Source: Vicugna vicugna (Eukaryota). From it: DNA of 64,000 bases. A program made the position numbers and the translations under genes. The DNA lies in NCBI GenBank assembly GCA_013265495.1, contig MU058441.1, positions 124,001 to 188,000 of the forward strand. The letters are read 5' to 3'. Below, in pieces: positions 39,201 through 54,200 of this stretch (the first letter of the stretch is position 1; each line of letters begins with the position of its first letter). The notes beneath the pieces were generated by a model, which had not been told where the DNA came from, searched no databases, and saw only the letters and a list, made by a program, of their open reading frames with translations.

Positions 39201-42200
39201 ATCCCCCCTGTTCCCACCACAGTGGCCCCTGGCTGTTTCCTTGGATGACCTTGCTCTTCCCTTGGATGACCTTGCTCTTCCCCACCCCTCGCTGTCCTCA
39301 TTCTCCTGGTCAAACCCCACCCTCCTTCAAGCCTCCATTCAAATGCCTCTTCCCCTGGGACTGAGGCTGATCTGCTGACTGAGTAAAATGGACGGAAACC
39401 CCATTCCCTCTATAACACCTCGTGTCTCTCCCTCTGCAGAGGATCAGAGCCTCAGCAGTGGCCCCAGGACTCCACTACTTCGGCATGTCTGTGGCTGGTG
39501 GCTTGGATTTCAGTGGCGACGGCCTTGCTGACATCACCGTGGGCGCTCTGGGCCGGGCAGCTGTGCTCCGGTAGGGTCTGCCCTGCCTCCTGGGCAGCTT
39601 CACCAGTTGCCCTGCCCTAAATGTTGTGAGAACACCAGGCACTGATGGGGGGGAACAGGCGCAGCGGTGGAGGGCATCAGCTCTGGGGTCTGCCCATCTA
39701 GGCTCGAACCTGAGCCTGCACTTAGAGGGGTGGCCTGGGGCGGGCTACTGATTTCCAAGTCCCAACGGTCTCATCTATAAATGGGAGTAACAATGCACCT
39801 ACCTCACAGACTTACGAAGATTAATGGAGAGAGTCTATGCAATTTAGCACAGTGCTCAGTGATGGCTGCTAGTGTTTTTATTAATTTCAGAGCCTCTGTG
39901 CTCTGTCCCTAGGCGAATTATCAAGTCCAGTGGCTATAAATAAGCTGACAGGGCACTTATCTGCCCTGTGCTCTTGGCTAAGCTCCAGACTTGGCTGTTT
40001 ACTCAACACCCTTCTTGGCTGTCACTCACGGGCATCACAGAGTTCACACGTCTAAAAATGGCTTCTTATTCCCACCCACCCCTCGTTCTCTCCACCCTGC
40101 CCCTCCCTCGGCTTCCCATCTCAGCAAAGGGCACCATTTGCTCAGGACAAAAACCCAGGAGTCACCCTTGATTCCTCTTTCCCCTTCCCCTGCCACCCCA
40201 TCAACAAGTGTGTGTTGGGCTCTGCCTCCAAAATACCTCCTAGCACATGATGTTGTCACCTGGCACCTGGACCACTTTTGTGGCATCCTTCCTGGCTCCC
40301 ACTCCCTGTGCTCCACTCTCCACACAGCCGCCGGAGAGATCCCTTCCTTCTGCTGCTTACAACCCCTCCGTGGCTCCCACTTAGAGTAAAATCCAAACTC
40401 CTGACCATGGCCTGGCCCTGCAGACCCTCCATCCCCCTCTCCTGTTACTGCCCATCTGTCTCACTAATTCTGCTCCGGTTATGCTGACCTTCATGTTCTT
40501 CAAACAATCCAGACTCATTCCTACCACAGGCCCTTGGTATTGTCTGTGCTTTCTGCCTGGGATGCAGTCCCCCGAGATCTTCACAGAGCTGACTCTTTCT
40601 CATTAACAGAGCTCAGCTTAAATGTCTCCTCGCTTGTGAGGCTGTCCCTGACCACCCAGCTGAGTAGCCCCCAGTCTCTATTGCCTTAGCCAGTTTTATT
40701 TGTATCATTGCATTACCCGGACCGAGGGTTTTCCTGTTTCTGCTTGTTTATTTGCTTGTTGTTTGTCTTCCCGCCCGAGGAGGGCTTGTCTCTTCCCCTA
40801 CTCTGTCCTGAAGTCTCAGAACAACACGTGGCATATGAAAGAAGTTTCATAAATATTCCCCGGATGAAAGAAGGAGCCAAGCACCAATCCAGAAGGCCTG
40901 TGGCCACTTCTCACGGTCCTCCTTGCTGTCCTGTTTAGCTCAAGACCTGTGGCTCCTCTGAAGGTGTCCGTGAACTTCGCCCCCAACGCACTGCCCATTG
41001 GCTTCAGCGGCAGCGTGAATGCGTGTTTGTGTTTTGAAATCAGCTCTGAGACCACAGCTGCCAAGTCAGGTAACAGGCAGCCTAGCTGGCGTGTCCAGTG
41101 CTGCGGTCAGTTGCTGTTGGCTGCGGTGGGGGCGGGGAGAACTGGGGGGGGCGGGGGTGTTTCAAAATCCTTCTGTTAGACCTTAGCTCCTTTGGCCCTA
41201 GGTTCTGCTTAATGGGGACTGCCCCAGAAAAAGGTGATCCGCTGTTACGTCCACACTCTGAAGGGGTCTGCCTGACCCTGTTGGGTAGAGGGCATTAGAC
41301 AGATCCCCCTTCTTGGGGGCTGAAGGGTTTGAGTATCTGAAAGAAGACCCAGAAAAAGGCAGGCCTTTCTCCATCTCCAGCTGCTGTGTCCATGCGTGCG
41401 TGTGGCCGTAGGGCTCCTGAGACGTGCCCTTCCTCTTGCTCTCTGATTCTCTCTGATTCACATCTTCCCTCGCTCCTCACCGAATCTCCCTGGCCCAGTG
41501 GGGACTGGATAACCTGCTGAGGCCTGGCCTCTCTTCCTGTCCCCTTACCTGGCCCTGGTTGGGAGACTTTCCGGAAGGCAGAGGGTGGGCATGGCTTTCA
41601 AAGCCCAGGTATTTACTGCCAACCAAAGAGGTCCCTCAGCCACAAGGTAACAACCCCAGAGATGTCTCTCTGCTTCCCGCAGGTCAGAAAGCTGTCTCTC
41701 AGGCGGGGTGGCTTATGAGGGTCAAATGTGAGGGTCAAAAATGGCAGCCCTTTCAGTTCCAGCTGTACAGGCTGACAAGTTCAGGCCCCAGAGTCTGAAC
41801 AGCAGCTGCTGAGCAGCTGTGTGACACTGGGCAGGTGTCTTTCACTCTCTGGACCCTGCTTTCCGTTCTCAGCGGTGAGAGAGTTGGCCCAGGTGATCTA
41901 CCAGGTGCTTCCAGCTCTGCTGTCCTCAGGTTTTACTCTGTGGTTCCTCTCTCCATTCCCTGAATTTTTCCTCCTCCTCATTTTCTCCCTCAACTCTATC
42001 CTCCTCTCCAAACCGTCCTTCCCCTGGGGAAGACTGGCTCAGCCCTGGGGATGTGCTGCTCTGGGTTTGGGGTTGGGGTACCAGGTGCCAGAAGACATGA
42101 GAAAAATACCTTTGAAATGAGGAAGAAACTCAGGGACGTGCCCACGTGGGGACACCAGTCTGGAGGGGTTCACAGGAGGCCCTCCATCTGGGGCTTGCCC

Positions 42201-45200
42201 GTCCCATCCCAGCCTTGTCAGGAAGATCTGGTCTTCATTCCCAGGCCTCAGAGAGACCGCTCTGAACTTCACACTGGACCTGGATGTGATGATGCCGCGG
42301 AAAAGGCTGCAGTGCTCGGACGAGAGGGCGTGTCGGGGCAGCCTCCGGGACTGGGACGCTGGGCCCCATCTCTGCAAGCCTTTCCTGCTCATCCCCACAG
42401 AGGGGCAGGTGGGTGTGGGAGTTTCGAAGAGAGTTCAGAGGCGTCTGTGTGGTTGAGAAAGGAACCGGGTGCATGCAATGGAGCCCTCACACCCGGACAC
42501 ACAAACAGGCAACTAAAATAATCACAGGAGATCAAAAACTACATGATGGCATGGGAGATGGGAGTTATGATACCAGAAAGCCAAATTAAAGAAACCTACT
42601 GAAATCAACCACTCAGTAAATCTCGGAGCTTCCTTGAAGCTGACAAAAAGGGAAATACTTTTTGTTTGTTTGTTTTGGGCAGGGAGGCAGTTAGGTTTGT
42701 TTATTTTTAATGGAGATGCTACAGATTGAAACTAGGACCTCACGCGTGCTAAGCACATGCTCTACCAGTGAGCTATACCCTCCCCCAGGAAACGCTTGTT
42801 GCTGACATTTTCCTTGGTAATAAATTGGAAATAACAGGGCTCCCTCCCCCATGCCACCTACTCTTACGTGGTAATAGGAGTGGGGCACAGGGACTTTATT
42901 TATGTGGGTCAGCATCAGAAAAATTGAACGAGGGAAAGTAGAAATAGAAAGACAAAGGCTGTCATTTATAGACATTTACTCCCAACCAAGGTGCCTAGAG
43001 ACATAGAAAAAGATGTATTTGTCAGGACCCAGAGCCTGACAGGACCCAGAATTTTGGACCTAAAAGGATCATTTATTCCAGTAAACTCATAAATTATGCT
43101 TCTGACCGCACATCTGTTCCCACATCTTTTCTGATTGTTAATTGGATTCAGGAAGAATTTTTAGCAAGTCTGTGGCTTCCTTACATACAAGTGTAGCTAC
43201 CTTTTCCACCTGGGAATCATGTTCACCTACTCTCAGGCATTCACAGCTCCTAGCTGGCAGGTCTCAATAAACAAAGAGAATGGCAGATGGCATCCCAGGC
43301 CATCTCTTTGCCTTCAGGTTTTCTTTCTTTGATATGTGCTCCATGCTGCTTCAAGAAAGATCTTTGTAAACACAGATGAGACCACGACTCTTCCCTTTCG
43401 TGGCTCCCTTTTGTCCTCTGAATAAAGTCCAAGCTGGTTTTGAACTCCTGATGGCCAGAATCCCTTTGCGGATGGCAGGAACCATTAGGTGTCATAAGGC
43501 CTGAGGCAGATCATGGGAGATTTTCCCAATGCTCTTGGCAGCTTGGTTGAGGGAAGTGTCCCTTCAGCCTGGCTTACTGGGAAAAGGCTTGGGGCTCTGG
43601 GCTCACCAGTGTCACTGTCTGTTTCCTGTTATGACTGTATTCAAGTTAAAAGTTTTCTCCTTGCATCTTCTCCCCCACATCCAACTCCAACCCTGCACTC
43701 CTTGGTGACTCTGCAGCTCTGTCAGGAGGACTGCTTCTCCAACATCAGCATCAGGGTCAGCTACCAGCTCCAGACCCCTGAGGGCCGGAGGGACCACCCC
43801 CAGCCTGTCCTGGACTTATACACTGAGCCCTCCACCATCTTCCAGGTGACTCAGCTAGGACCAGACTCTCCTGGGAGCATTCCCCCCCAAAACACCTGCT
43901 CCCCCAACTTGAGAGAATGTTAAAGTTGGGAGGGTCTTCAGACAGCACTTGGGCCCCTCACTGTACAAATGGGGTTAGAGAGCGATTGAGATGACATTAC
44001 TTTCCCCAGGGCCTCCCTGATGGGTAACACTGGTCTCCAAACTACCCCAAAGCTAATTTTTTTATGTTCACAAAAAGTGCTTGCGATGTATTTGATGAAA
44101 CATATGAATACCCGGCTTGGCAAGGGTCTTTGATAACAGTGTGGTGGGGGATCCTGTGTAGGGACTGGACTGGAGCCCACCTGCCCTGCTCTCTAGAGAG
44201 GATATGCTTTGGTGCACCTGCCTACCCGGTCCTGGCCAGGGGCTTCAGGCTAAGTGGCCCACCAGACCTGCACCCCAGCAGGCAGGTAGTATCACAAGAA
44301 ACCGTTTTCACAACTGCAGGAAATCAGAGGGGGAAAATAAACAGTCAAATTTTGATTTTATGATATCCCTTTGTAGTTAAAAATATCTTATGGGGAGATC
44401 CTTTGAGATTATGTGATATATCCTATGATATATCCTGTCTAACATCCATTCATGATTTTTATCTTAATCAGTGATTACTTGGATGGTTTGGCTAAGAGAT
44501 TAAAAAAAAATTTACCCCACCTAGAAAATGGGTGAGGAGAAATGATTAGGTGTTAGGTTAAGCACAGAGATGTTTCCAGAGGATGAGCTCAAGCTGGGAG
44601 CTTAGGATATTTTAGTCCTGCTCTCTATTTCACTCTAGTGAAAGAGAGCAGGCTGCTTGGCTATACTAAAAACAAAATGGAAAAAAAAAAAAAAACCTGC
44701 CCCAAATTGTTGACCCCGTCAGAGAGGGCTCCAAGCTTGGACTTCTGCAAACTGCATCTCCCTTCTCGGAAAGCAGAAGGTTTCCTTTCTAGCTCTCTGG
44801 GCAGGAAACGGTCCCTGGCTGCCAGGAAGGTAAAGGCAGAGATCCTCCAGTTAGGGAGCTGACTGTGTCTCCTTCATAATAAAAATAGACCTAGCTCCTT
44901 TAGAAAATTTGATTTTTCAACCTGAGCTGGAAATTTTCAACCTTGACTGGGCCTTTGGACCCAGGGTGACTTTCTGAATTAGCCTGTTTTGGTGTAGGCA
45001 GGATTGCAAAGGGGATATTTAACCTACAGAGACTAGCCATGGGGGCTGAGGGCCTTGACAGTACTGGGTCAGGTCTCCCCCATTTGTGCCCCTGTTGTTC
45101 CTGCCTCTGCTTAAAGGGACTAAGGGAGCTTTTCTTCACATGGGTTTTCCTCCCTGAGATATTCCAAATAGTGAGTTGTGGGTGGAGGTATAGCTTGGTG

Positions 45201-48200
45201 GCAGAGCGCATGCTTAGCATGCATGAGGTCTTGGGTTCAATTCCCAGTCCGGCCATTAAAAAAAAAAAGGAGTCGGGGAGGGTAATTGCTCAGTGGTAGA
45301 ATCCCCTGCTCCAAAAAAGGCAAAGTGGTGATTTGAGAGTGTTGCTGCTTAATGAACATGATATGAACGTGACAGGTACTCCCACCATTTCACCAGGGCC
45401 ACCCTGTTTTTGACCTTGGTCAGAGGCCTGACGCATGGTGTACCTGTGTTGTAGGACCAAGCATACCCCCATCCCTGATAGATCAAGGAACATCACAGTC
45501 ACCCCTGTCACGGCCACGCGGACACAGCCTCAGGCTGTCAACCCTGCCTGCACTCCTCGGAGTGAGCAGGAGGGACAGGCAGGTCCTAGGGAGAAGCTCA
45601 GGAGGCAAGACTGCTGGCGGGGGCGGGGTCCCTGGGCTGACCCTGCCCCTCTCTGTCTGCTTACAGCTGCCCTATGAGAAGGCCTGCAGGAATAAGCTGT
45701 TTTGTGTCGCAGAGTTACAGTTGGCCACCACCGTCTCTCAGTGAGTTGGATCCAGCGTCATAATTTTTGCAGTTAACTTCCTCCTGGAGGCTCATGGGGG
45801 CAAACACCTCACCAGGACCGATCGCTCACCTCCCCGACTTCCCCTCATGGCCCACAAAGGGCTTTTGCATTGACTGATTGACAAAGTGAAAAAGAGCTGC
45901 TTTATTGCTTAGAGAGAGAGGGAAATAAAAGGCAAAAAAGAAGACAGGCAGGGAGCCGTCAGCCAGGTGGCCGGCTGAGACAGCTCAGCCCCTGATCCGG
46001 CCACAGGGTCTTTTGTTGGAAGGCTCTGCCATGTTATCTTTATTCAGTGGAGCCAGTCACCTTCTGTTATCTCCTGAGTCCTCCATCACCCAATGAGGGA
46101 GGCAGGACAGAGATCTGTATTCCCATTTTATAGATGAGAGAACAGACTTGGTAGTGGAGGGCCCACGTGGGGTCAGGCGGTCATCGGGTGGCCTCAGAGC
46201 CGGGTCTCTTGACATCCTGGACAGTGCCATTTTCATAACCCAGTGTCTCTCACTCTAGGACCACCTCAACAGTAACTTCTTCCCTGGCTCGTCTCTAAAC
46301 CAAATTACTTAATTCATTAAATATTTATGGAGCCTCTCTTCTGTGCCCAGTACTCTAGGTGTTAGAGATACGTCAGTGAACAAAAAGTCCTCTGGTGCTT
46401 TTAGGGGGAGAAGATAATAAATGAGCCCACTTTTTGTTGATGAGATGTACTATGAAGAAAAATAAGGCAGGGAAGGTGGGAGGAAGTGCCTGGTAGAGGC
46501 AGGGTTGCAGTTTTAAGTAGGGTGGTCAGGAAAGGGCTCGCTAGGAAGGTGACATTTAGGTACAGGCGAGAGGAGGTCGAGCAATGAACCATGCGGGTGA
46601 ATGAAGGAAGAGCACCTGTGAACGCCCTGAGTTGGGAGCCTGGAGGTGGGAGGCGGGGCCAGGACACCAGTGTGGCTGCAGCAGAATGAGGGAGGGAGAG
46701 GTGATGTGAGGGGAGGAAAGGTCATTTGTGGCTGCGTCTCCATAAAGGCTTTTTACCGTGAGCTGGGAAGTCAGGGGAGCGGCCGTGATCCTGCACTTTA
46801 ACGGGATCACTCTTGCGGCTGTGTTGAGAATAGCCTGTGGGAACAAAGGCGGAAGCAGCGATTTAGTAAGGAGCTATTGTAATAACCCAGGTGAGAAGTG
46901 ATGTGACTTGGGCAAGGGTGTTAACGATGAAAGTAGTTATATTTTGAAGTCAGAGCCCACAGGATTGGATGACAGACTGGATGAGGGGAGTGAAGAGAGA
47001 GAGGGGTCTAGGAAGTCTTCCAAGGTTTCAGCCTGAACCTCTGGATCTGTGTGTTCAATACAATAGACTGGTCAGATTTGGTTACTTAAGTTAAAATGAA
47101 TTAAAATCAAATAAAATTTTAGTTCCTTAGTTGCATGTGCTCCATTCCCACATATGGCTGGCTGGTGATACTGAACAGGACAGAGAGAGACCATTGCCAT
47201 TACTGCAAAGTTTTACTGGGCCACACTGAATACTAGAATGACGGCGATGCCAAGAATTGAATTGGGGGAGCTTTTGCAAGAGCGGTTTTGGAAGGCAGGG
47301 TGGGGAGGAAGAGATCATGACTTTCGCTTTAGATATGTAGTGGTCTTAAAAATGCCCTCCCTGGCCCCTAGTGCTGTGTGTGTGACGTGGCACTGATGGC
47401 CAGCTGGCATCTCTAGGGAAGAGCACTGTTCTCTGAGTCCTGGTAAGCCCCCTCGTAGACATTTGCAGGACTTGTGTTTCAGATGTGGATGGCTTAGTGC
47501 TGCCCCCTCTCCAATCACCAAGGATCCAATTCAAGATTTTTTAGTGCTTTGGAATCCAGCCTAACAAGTAGATGCAGTTGTTTCCAACAGGGAGTTAATT
47601 ACTGCCAAGAATGCCCTCCTGGCCAAGTCCTTGTGAAACAGACGTCGACCAGCTGGCCCTACACCACCCCCTAGTGTACACAGCTAGCAGTCTCTTCTTC
47701 AGAAGTATTGAGCCTAATCATTAGCATCCAAATGTCTCCGTGGTTTTGACCTTTCTGTGGACTTGGGTCTCCTAAAGAGTCTAAAGGAAACTACAGACCC
47801 TTCTCCCTGGAAGGTAACACATGGCGTACATAGGTGTTTGCATTTGGGGCCCTCTGAAATTGTTCCTGGCCTTCAGGTTAAGAACCTCTGATAAATATTC
47901 TGATGACTCTCAGACCTCTCTCCTGGGCTCAAGAACAGGATACCCAACTGACACTTCAACATCTAGGCCTTTCTATCCTCTTGACACCTCTCATCACACC
48001 CCGACAGACCTCATCTGGTCAACTTCCGCCCTCTGGTCTTCCCTGTGTTCTTGCCCTCATGACTAGCCCCACTTGGTCATCCAAGCTGGGAATTCAGAAC
48101 ACATCCTGACTCCTCTCTCTTTTTGGCTCCGCTTGCAAGCGTGGCCTTGTCAGCCAGTGGTTTCTATCACCCCCACCCCCCACTACTATCTATTTCGGGC

Positions 48201-51200
48201 AGGTGTCATGTCACAGTTGGATCCCACACGGGCTCAGTCTCTGCCCCCTCTGGCCTTCCAATCACTCTATCCTCTTCTCAGCTGTGATAAAAACAAAACA
48301 CAAGACATGTGTCAGCATTACTCCCCAGATCCATCTTTGAAATATTTCAGACACTGACAAAGTTGTCTTTGTCGTTGATACATTTTCCTGCAGCGCTGGA
48401 TTTCTGAGAGTGGTTCTGCACTCGGGGACCCCACAGTGCCTCAGTGGACTGAAGGATGCTCTCACCCATCCCCAAGTCTTCTCTTCTTCAGGCGCAACAG
48501 ACTCGTGTTTTAAACCACAGCCTTCAAATTGGGAGGGACGGGATGATTTTGCAGGTGGGAAGGCTGGGGTTGAGATGGGGCAAGGGCAGCGTCTGTCTCC
48601 TGCTGGCTGTTTCTCCCATGTTGAGCAGGGTGCCTGGCACAGAGAAAGTTCTCTGTAAATATGTGTGAAATGGATGAATTTGTGTTACCAAATACATTGC
48701 TTAGGGTCACAGTGGTAGAAGGAAGATAAGGTCCACTTCTCCCAAGTCCCTTTTGAGGCTGTTAGACCTCAGGCAAGTTAGTTAGCCTCTCTGGGCTTCT
48801 GTTCTCTTCTCTATAGAACGGAGAGTAACCATACTCTCATAGGGTTACTACGAGGATTAATTGAGCTTGTGAAGCGTTTAGCACAGTCCCTGACACTTGG
48901 CAACCAGTAGATAAATGGTCACGTCACACAGCAACTGTGTGGGTGTGGCAGTCCAGGGGTTTGCTTCTGCTGAGGGGAAGAGAATCAAGGCTAAAAATAT
49001 CCTTTAGGCAATTTATGTAAGATGTTAGTTAAGCAGGCGCTGTTGTATTGCACTGTTTTTACAGACTAAATCAACTGTTTATCTATTTGCCTACCCTGTG
49101 CAGGCAGGAATTAGTGGTGGGTCTCACAAAGGAGCTGACCATGAACATCAGCCTAAGTAACTCTGGGGAAGATTCCTACATGACAAGCATGGCTGTGAAG
49201 TACCCCAGGAACTTACAGTTTAAGAGGATACAAAAGGTAACTGTGACAGCCATTTTGGAAACTTGCCACCCAGCTCAAGGCTTTCCCCTCCCCGCATCCC
49301 TGCTTTGTTAGGGCAACCTCCTAACTCTGCCTGGTCCGCTCAATAAGGACTATTAACTAGCTGAATCCCCTCCAATCAACTACATGCAGTGGGTCTGAGC
49401 ATGTCATTCTGAGCCTTAAAAACATTCAGTGGTGCTATCTGCTGCCCAAACACTCCTTTTGCTTGCAGCCTTTCTTAACTAGGGTTCTGGGAGAGAAATC
49501 ACCTCTAATAAATTAGCTTGGGCTGGAAAGTAGAAGTCTGCCCAGCCTTTCATCAGCCTGGGAGCACAGACTCAAAGCCAGCTGCCCGATGCTAGGAAGT
49601 GGTATTTCTCCCAAGGACACCTGCAGCTGTAAAGTACTGTAGCACCGAGAAATTTTCTTCCACAGGCAGCCAGCAACTTTGCTGTTTGAAGTTATATCTG
49701 TAATTATGAAATCATCTTACTCTCGCCTGGAGAATCTAAGCCACTTGGACAAAGAAACAGCCTCATTTTCCATCTGAGGCTTGGAACTTCAGATAAAGCG
49801 TTTCTGGACATAACTTTTCACATTCACCTTAACATTTCCCAAGGAAATGGGTCCCAGGGCCCATCTTGCAGTCCAGACCTCATGCTGAGTGGCACTTTGA
49901 CACAGCCCTGCTTTGTCTTGAGTCTCCTGCTTTGTTTGCATTTCCCCTGAACTCCACCTCTCCCCAGAATCCTTTACTGTCTTTGCCTTTGTTTGGTGCG
50001 ATGGACCACAGTGCCTTCCCCTCATTGTAATGAGTCAACAAACTTGGCTTTGTCGAACTATGGGTTTGTCCCTGGCGGCCTGAGGCTATCCGGCCTAGGA
50101 AGGCCTAGGAAAAGAACGCTGTGATCCCTAAGCATCTAGGATGGAATTGGATGTACCGTCCTTGGGAGAATTAGGGAAATGCAGTCACTCGAACCACTTT
50201 CTGTATTCAGTGGTCCAGATGAGGGACCATGGCGGACGAAGGCTGCAGGGCAGTGCCTGGCCCGTCTCAGTCCGTGACGTTGGCGCTGGTATGAGGCCCA
50301 GTTCAAACATCTCCACCCCGACGAAGACCAAAATTCCTGCTGGCTGGATTTTGTCTTTCTCTGCTGCTTGTCTCTGTACCGCTCTCACAGAACCCCTCCT
50401 TAGGCCTTGCATTTAAATTCCTCAGCCATCTGGTACTGAGCCCTTCTGCCCAGCTTGTGAGGAAGACAAGGACAAGGTCTGATTTGTGTCCCCAGCTCCC
50501 AACAGGGTGTCTGGCCTGAACTGGCATAAGGAAATGGCTTCTTTTTTTTGCCTGTAAAAAAACAATGTCTTTTGTGTTAACAGCCGCCTTCTCCAAACAT
50601 TCAGTGTGATGACCCTAAGCCAGCGGCTTCGGTCCTGGTCATGAACTGCAAGATTGGGCACCCCATACTCAAGAGGTCATCTGTGAGTCTGTTTTGACTG
50701 GCTGACGCTTCTCACTCACTTCCCCGGGGTTGGTGTCTTCTGTTCCCGTCTCACTAGAACCTCTCAGTGGCAGGCTCCACATCCGCAGCAGTGCTTAGAG
50801 CTGCCAAGCGTGCTCTGAAAGCAGGGAGAGGTGGGGTGGGGGCAGCAGCCACCCAGTCAGCTCACCCCAGGAGAGCAGAGTGAAGCTGGGCGCAGTATGG
50901 AAGGAGCTTCAGACCCAGCGTTATCCGCCCTGAGGCGAGTCCCTGATCTGCCACTGGTCATCTCTTGCTGTGGGAGATCTCTGAAGTGGTTTCCCTCAGC
51001 TGTAAACGGGAGATAAACGCTGTCTGCCCTGCTCACTCCCTCCTGACGCTGTGAGGCTTACCTGGAGTAACAGGCCTCGAAGGCCCCTGTGCTACAATAA
51101 TGGGAGGCATTAAAGTTCTGTCTCCCTGGTCTGTTTAGTCAGTAGGAAGCAGTTTGAACTGTGAGTGGTATAAAGGGAAATTGAGTGACTTTTTTTTTTT

Positions 51201-54200
51201 TTAAATAGATAACCCTTTCATTAGCTTGGCAGCTGGAGGAGAGCACCTTCCCAAACAGGACAGCCAACATCACTGTGATGATCACCAAGTAAGCAGTACC
51301 TGTGGCTCCCTCACCGCCCAGAAGGGGAACCTCTGTGAGCCCAGGGAAGGCCCTGGGTCCCCGCAGTGACTTGGCTTTCCCTTCATCATCAGAGATAGAG
51401 ATACTGAAAAACCTTTTTATTGGCACACAAAATAAAACTAGGGTATAGCCTGGTAGGATGAGCCTTGGACTAGAGTTCTAACTCTGGTTCATTTAACTTT
51501 AAGAAGCTATGTCATCTACAAAACTTCTATGCTTGAGAGTATGGTCCTGGGAAGAGTTCTCAAATGGGGGTGATTCTGCCCTTCAGGGGCAGAGCCTGAA
51601 GACACCTGATTGCCACGACACCAGCAGGGGGTGGGGGTGGTGCTACTGGCATCTAGCGGGCAGAGGCCTGGGATGTCGCTAAACATCACACAACAGACAG
51701 GACAGAACTACCTGGCCCCAAATGTCAATATTGTCAAGGCTGAGAAACCTCTTTAAAAATCACTGTTTCTCCAAGTACGGTCTTCCAGCGAGTCTTCTGC
51801 ACTCTTAACTGCTCACCTCCAAGAATCTTTTCTGTCTGACCCCCAACGATCCCGGAAAGCCAAGGTAAGCAGCCGCCGTCTGTACAAAGCAGGTATGCTA
51901 TCAACCGACACTCTTATTTCCTAGTTTCAACGAAAGAAGGTCTCTGGTCAGTAAGACCCACAGCCTTCAATTCAAGCATGCCTTCATCGCAGTTCTTCCC
52001 AAGTAAGTGCTTCCAAGGGGCCGACAGCTGTGGGACGGCTTCAGCCATTTTCTCCTGTGGAAGCAACTGGTGTCGGGGGGAGGTGGGCCCTGCCCTTCCC
52101 TGAGAGGAGGCTGCTTAGAACCCAGGCTCCCACTCACCTCTAGGGCACTAACAGTTGGGTCCCAGAAACCCCATGGTCATAATCAAAGGAGGAGTGGTGC
52201 CAACTGAGGAGGGAAGGAGAGAGGGGCTGTGGGATTGGGAAGGAAGGAAGGAAAACAGTAAGGCCACACTGAGGAATGATAATCAGACCCAGAACTAGCC
52301 CCAATATACAGAATTCAAACAGTCTAACTTGATCTTAACTGCCTGACCACTTTACCTTGCTTTGATCCCTCTTAAGGATCGGGTGCCCTGGGTCCTAGTG
52401 TATCTAATTGGTAGCACTGAGGCTTATTTAAATAAGAAGGGGGCCTTGAGGTCTAACCCACGTCCTCTCGACTGCAGGCCATCGGTGATGTACATGAACA
52501 CAAGCCGCGGGCTTTCTGACCACAAAGAGTTCCTCTTCAATGTAAGTGCTGGGCCCGCCACTGCAAAGCCCCGCGCGGCCAAGCTGCACCAGCCATGACT
52601 TCCTGCTCTGATTTTATTTTGCAGATACATGGGGAGAACCTCTTTGGAGCAGAGTTCCTGCTGAAAATCTGTGTTCCGATCAAATTACAAGGTCTTCACC
52701 TTGTAAGAGTGAAGAACCTGACCAAGACTCAGGTATGTAGAGGAGGGTCTTGAGCAGGGTCACATCTCTCTCAAGAGTGACTATGGATTCTCAAAGGTAT
52801 AAAAACTAGGCTTCTGGGAAAGGAGTAAAAGCAAGATTAGTTAACCTGGGAACACATTAGCAGTAAATTACCAAAGCCATGCTCACAGGGACTATTAACC
52901 GCTTGGCCTTTAAAGCGACATTTCAGTTTTTTTCCCTTGATGGAAAAAATAAGCAAAAATTCTGACTTTTTAAGTAGCCATGGAGACATTTATTTTCCCT
53001 TTGAAAATTGGTAAATTCTGCTTCTCTGTGATTGGTGAATGAGCTTGATAAACATGTGGCAGTTCTTGCACTTCTCCCTATAAACTGTCTCCCATCTTCC
53101 TTTCCTCTTGCCCTCCAGCCTGTCTGCCTTGGACTCTGCTTTGCCACAGCCTCTCTGCTGTTGGTTGATGCCTCACCTGTAACAGTTCCCAGAGCCAGCC
53201 TGTGGTACAGCAACAGGCTCTGACTAGGGTGGCAGCTGAGGCCTTGGGCTTTCCTGATTTTTTTTTTTTTCCTGCTCGGGCTACAGAAAGTATCAAGGCT
53301 CAAAAAAGGAAAATACGGAATTTACAAAACCGAGTCAGCTGACAGAAAGAGGGCTTTTCGGTTGTAAACGCTTGTTCTCACAGTGTAGTTTATTTTCTGA
53401 GAATATTTGTGAAGTTTAAACATTTCAACAAACATTTGAGTTTCCGCTTGGAAACAAAACTCTCGTTTTGAAAAGCTGATTGGAAACCTGTCAGAATGGA
53501 ACTCCCATTGTGCGCTGGGGACAGAGGTTAACAACAGCACCAGGGGCTCCCAGGCCAGTGCCCTCTGGCTTTGCGGTGGTCAGCGCCCCCTGCTTACTTA
53601 AACAGGCTGTGCTGGCAGAGCAGGTCCGTGGCAGAGCTGAAGTTCAGCATGGTTCTGTGGAAATGCTGGATCTTTCTCCTCACCTGCTTCATGGCGGGGG
53701 TGTTGCACTTGGACTTGAAGGTCATCTGCTTCAGAATCTTATCTGTGAGGTAGTGCAGCCAGAGCACGTTGTTATGGGGGTGGTATTCGCCCCAGCAGTT
53801 GTTGTTCTCCTTCCTCATTAGCCTGTAGATCTCAAACTGGTAGTCACCTTCTCCCGTAAACAGGTCCTCGTCCGTGGAAATGTCACAGAAAACCACGATC
53901 CCGTCCCGCTCCAAGCGAGACAGGGTGTAGTCAATGATGTTGACTTGCAGCCCACGGGTAGGGATGGCGCTCGTCTGCCTGTTGAGGGTGTAATGGAGCT
54001 CTTTGAGGCTGGTTTTCTTTAAAAGCACGTTCCCCCAGTGTAAGTCTCAGTGCTCAAAGTGCAGGGATGCCTCCGCCACGGCGAGGGACGCAGTGATCTG
54101 GTGTAGGATGCTCTTTGCAGTGGCGATGGAGGGCAACTTCGTTCTCGTCTGCTCTAAGTCGATCCCTCCAAACTCAAATTCCAGCACAATAAACAGCTGG

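Noticed and set aside
53594..54028. 144-aa ORF as a separate gene
   Set aside because: It is the in-frame C-lobe of HASPIN downstream of the TGA and begins at a GTG (Val) codon.
54047..54049. Selenocysteine or programmed readthrough at the HASPIN TGA
   Set aside because: The position is a conserved Arg, not Cys; the context is not TGA-CTAG; I recognised no SECIS. A CpG transition or sequencing error is simpler.
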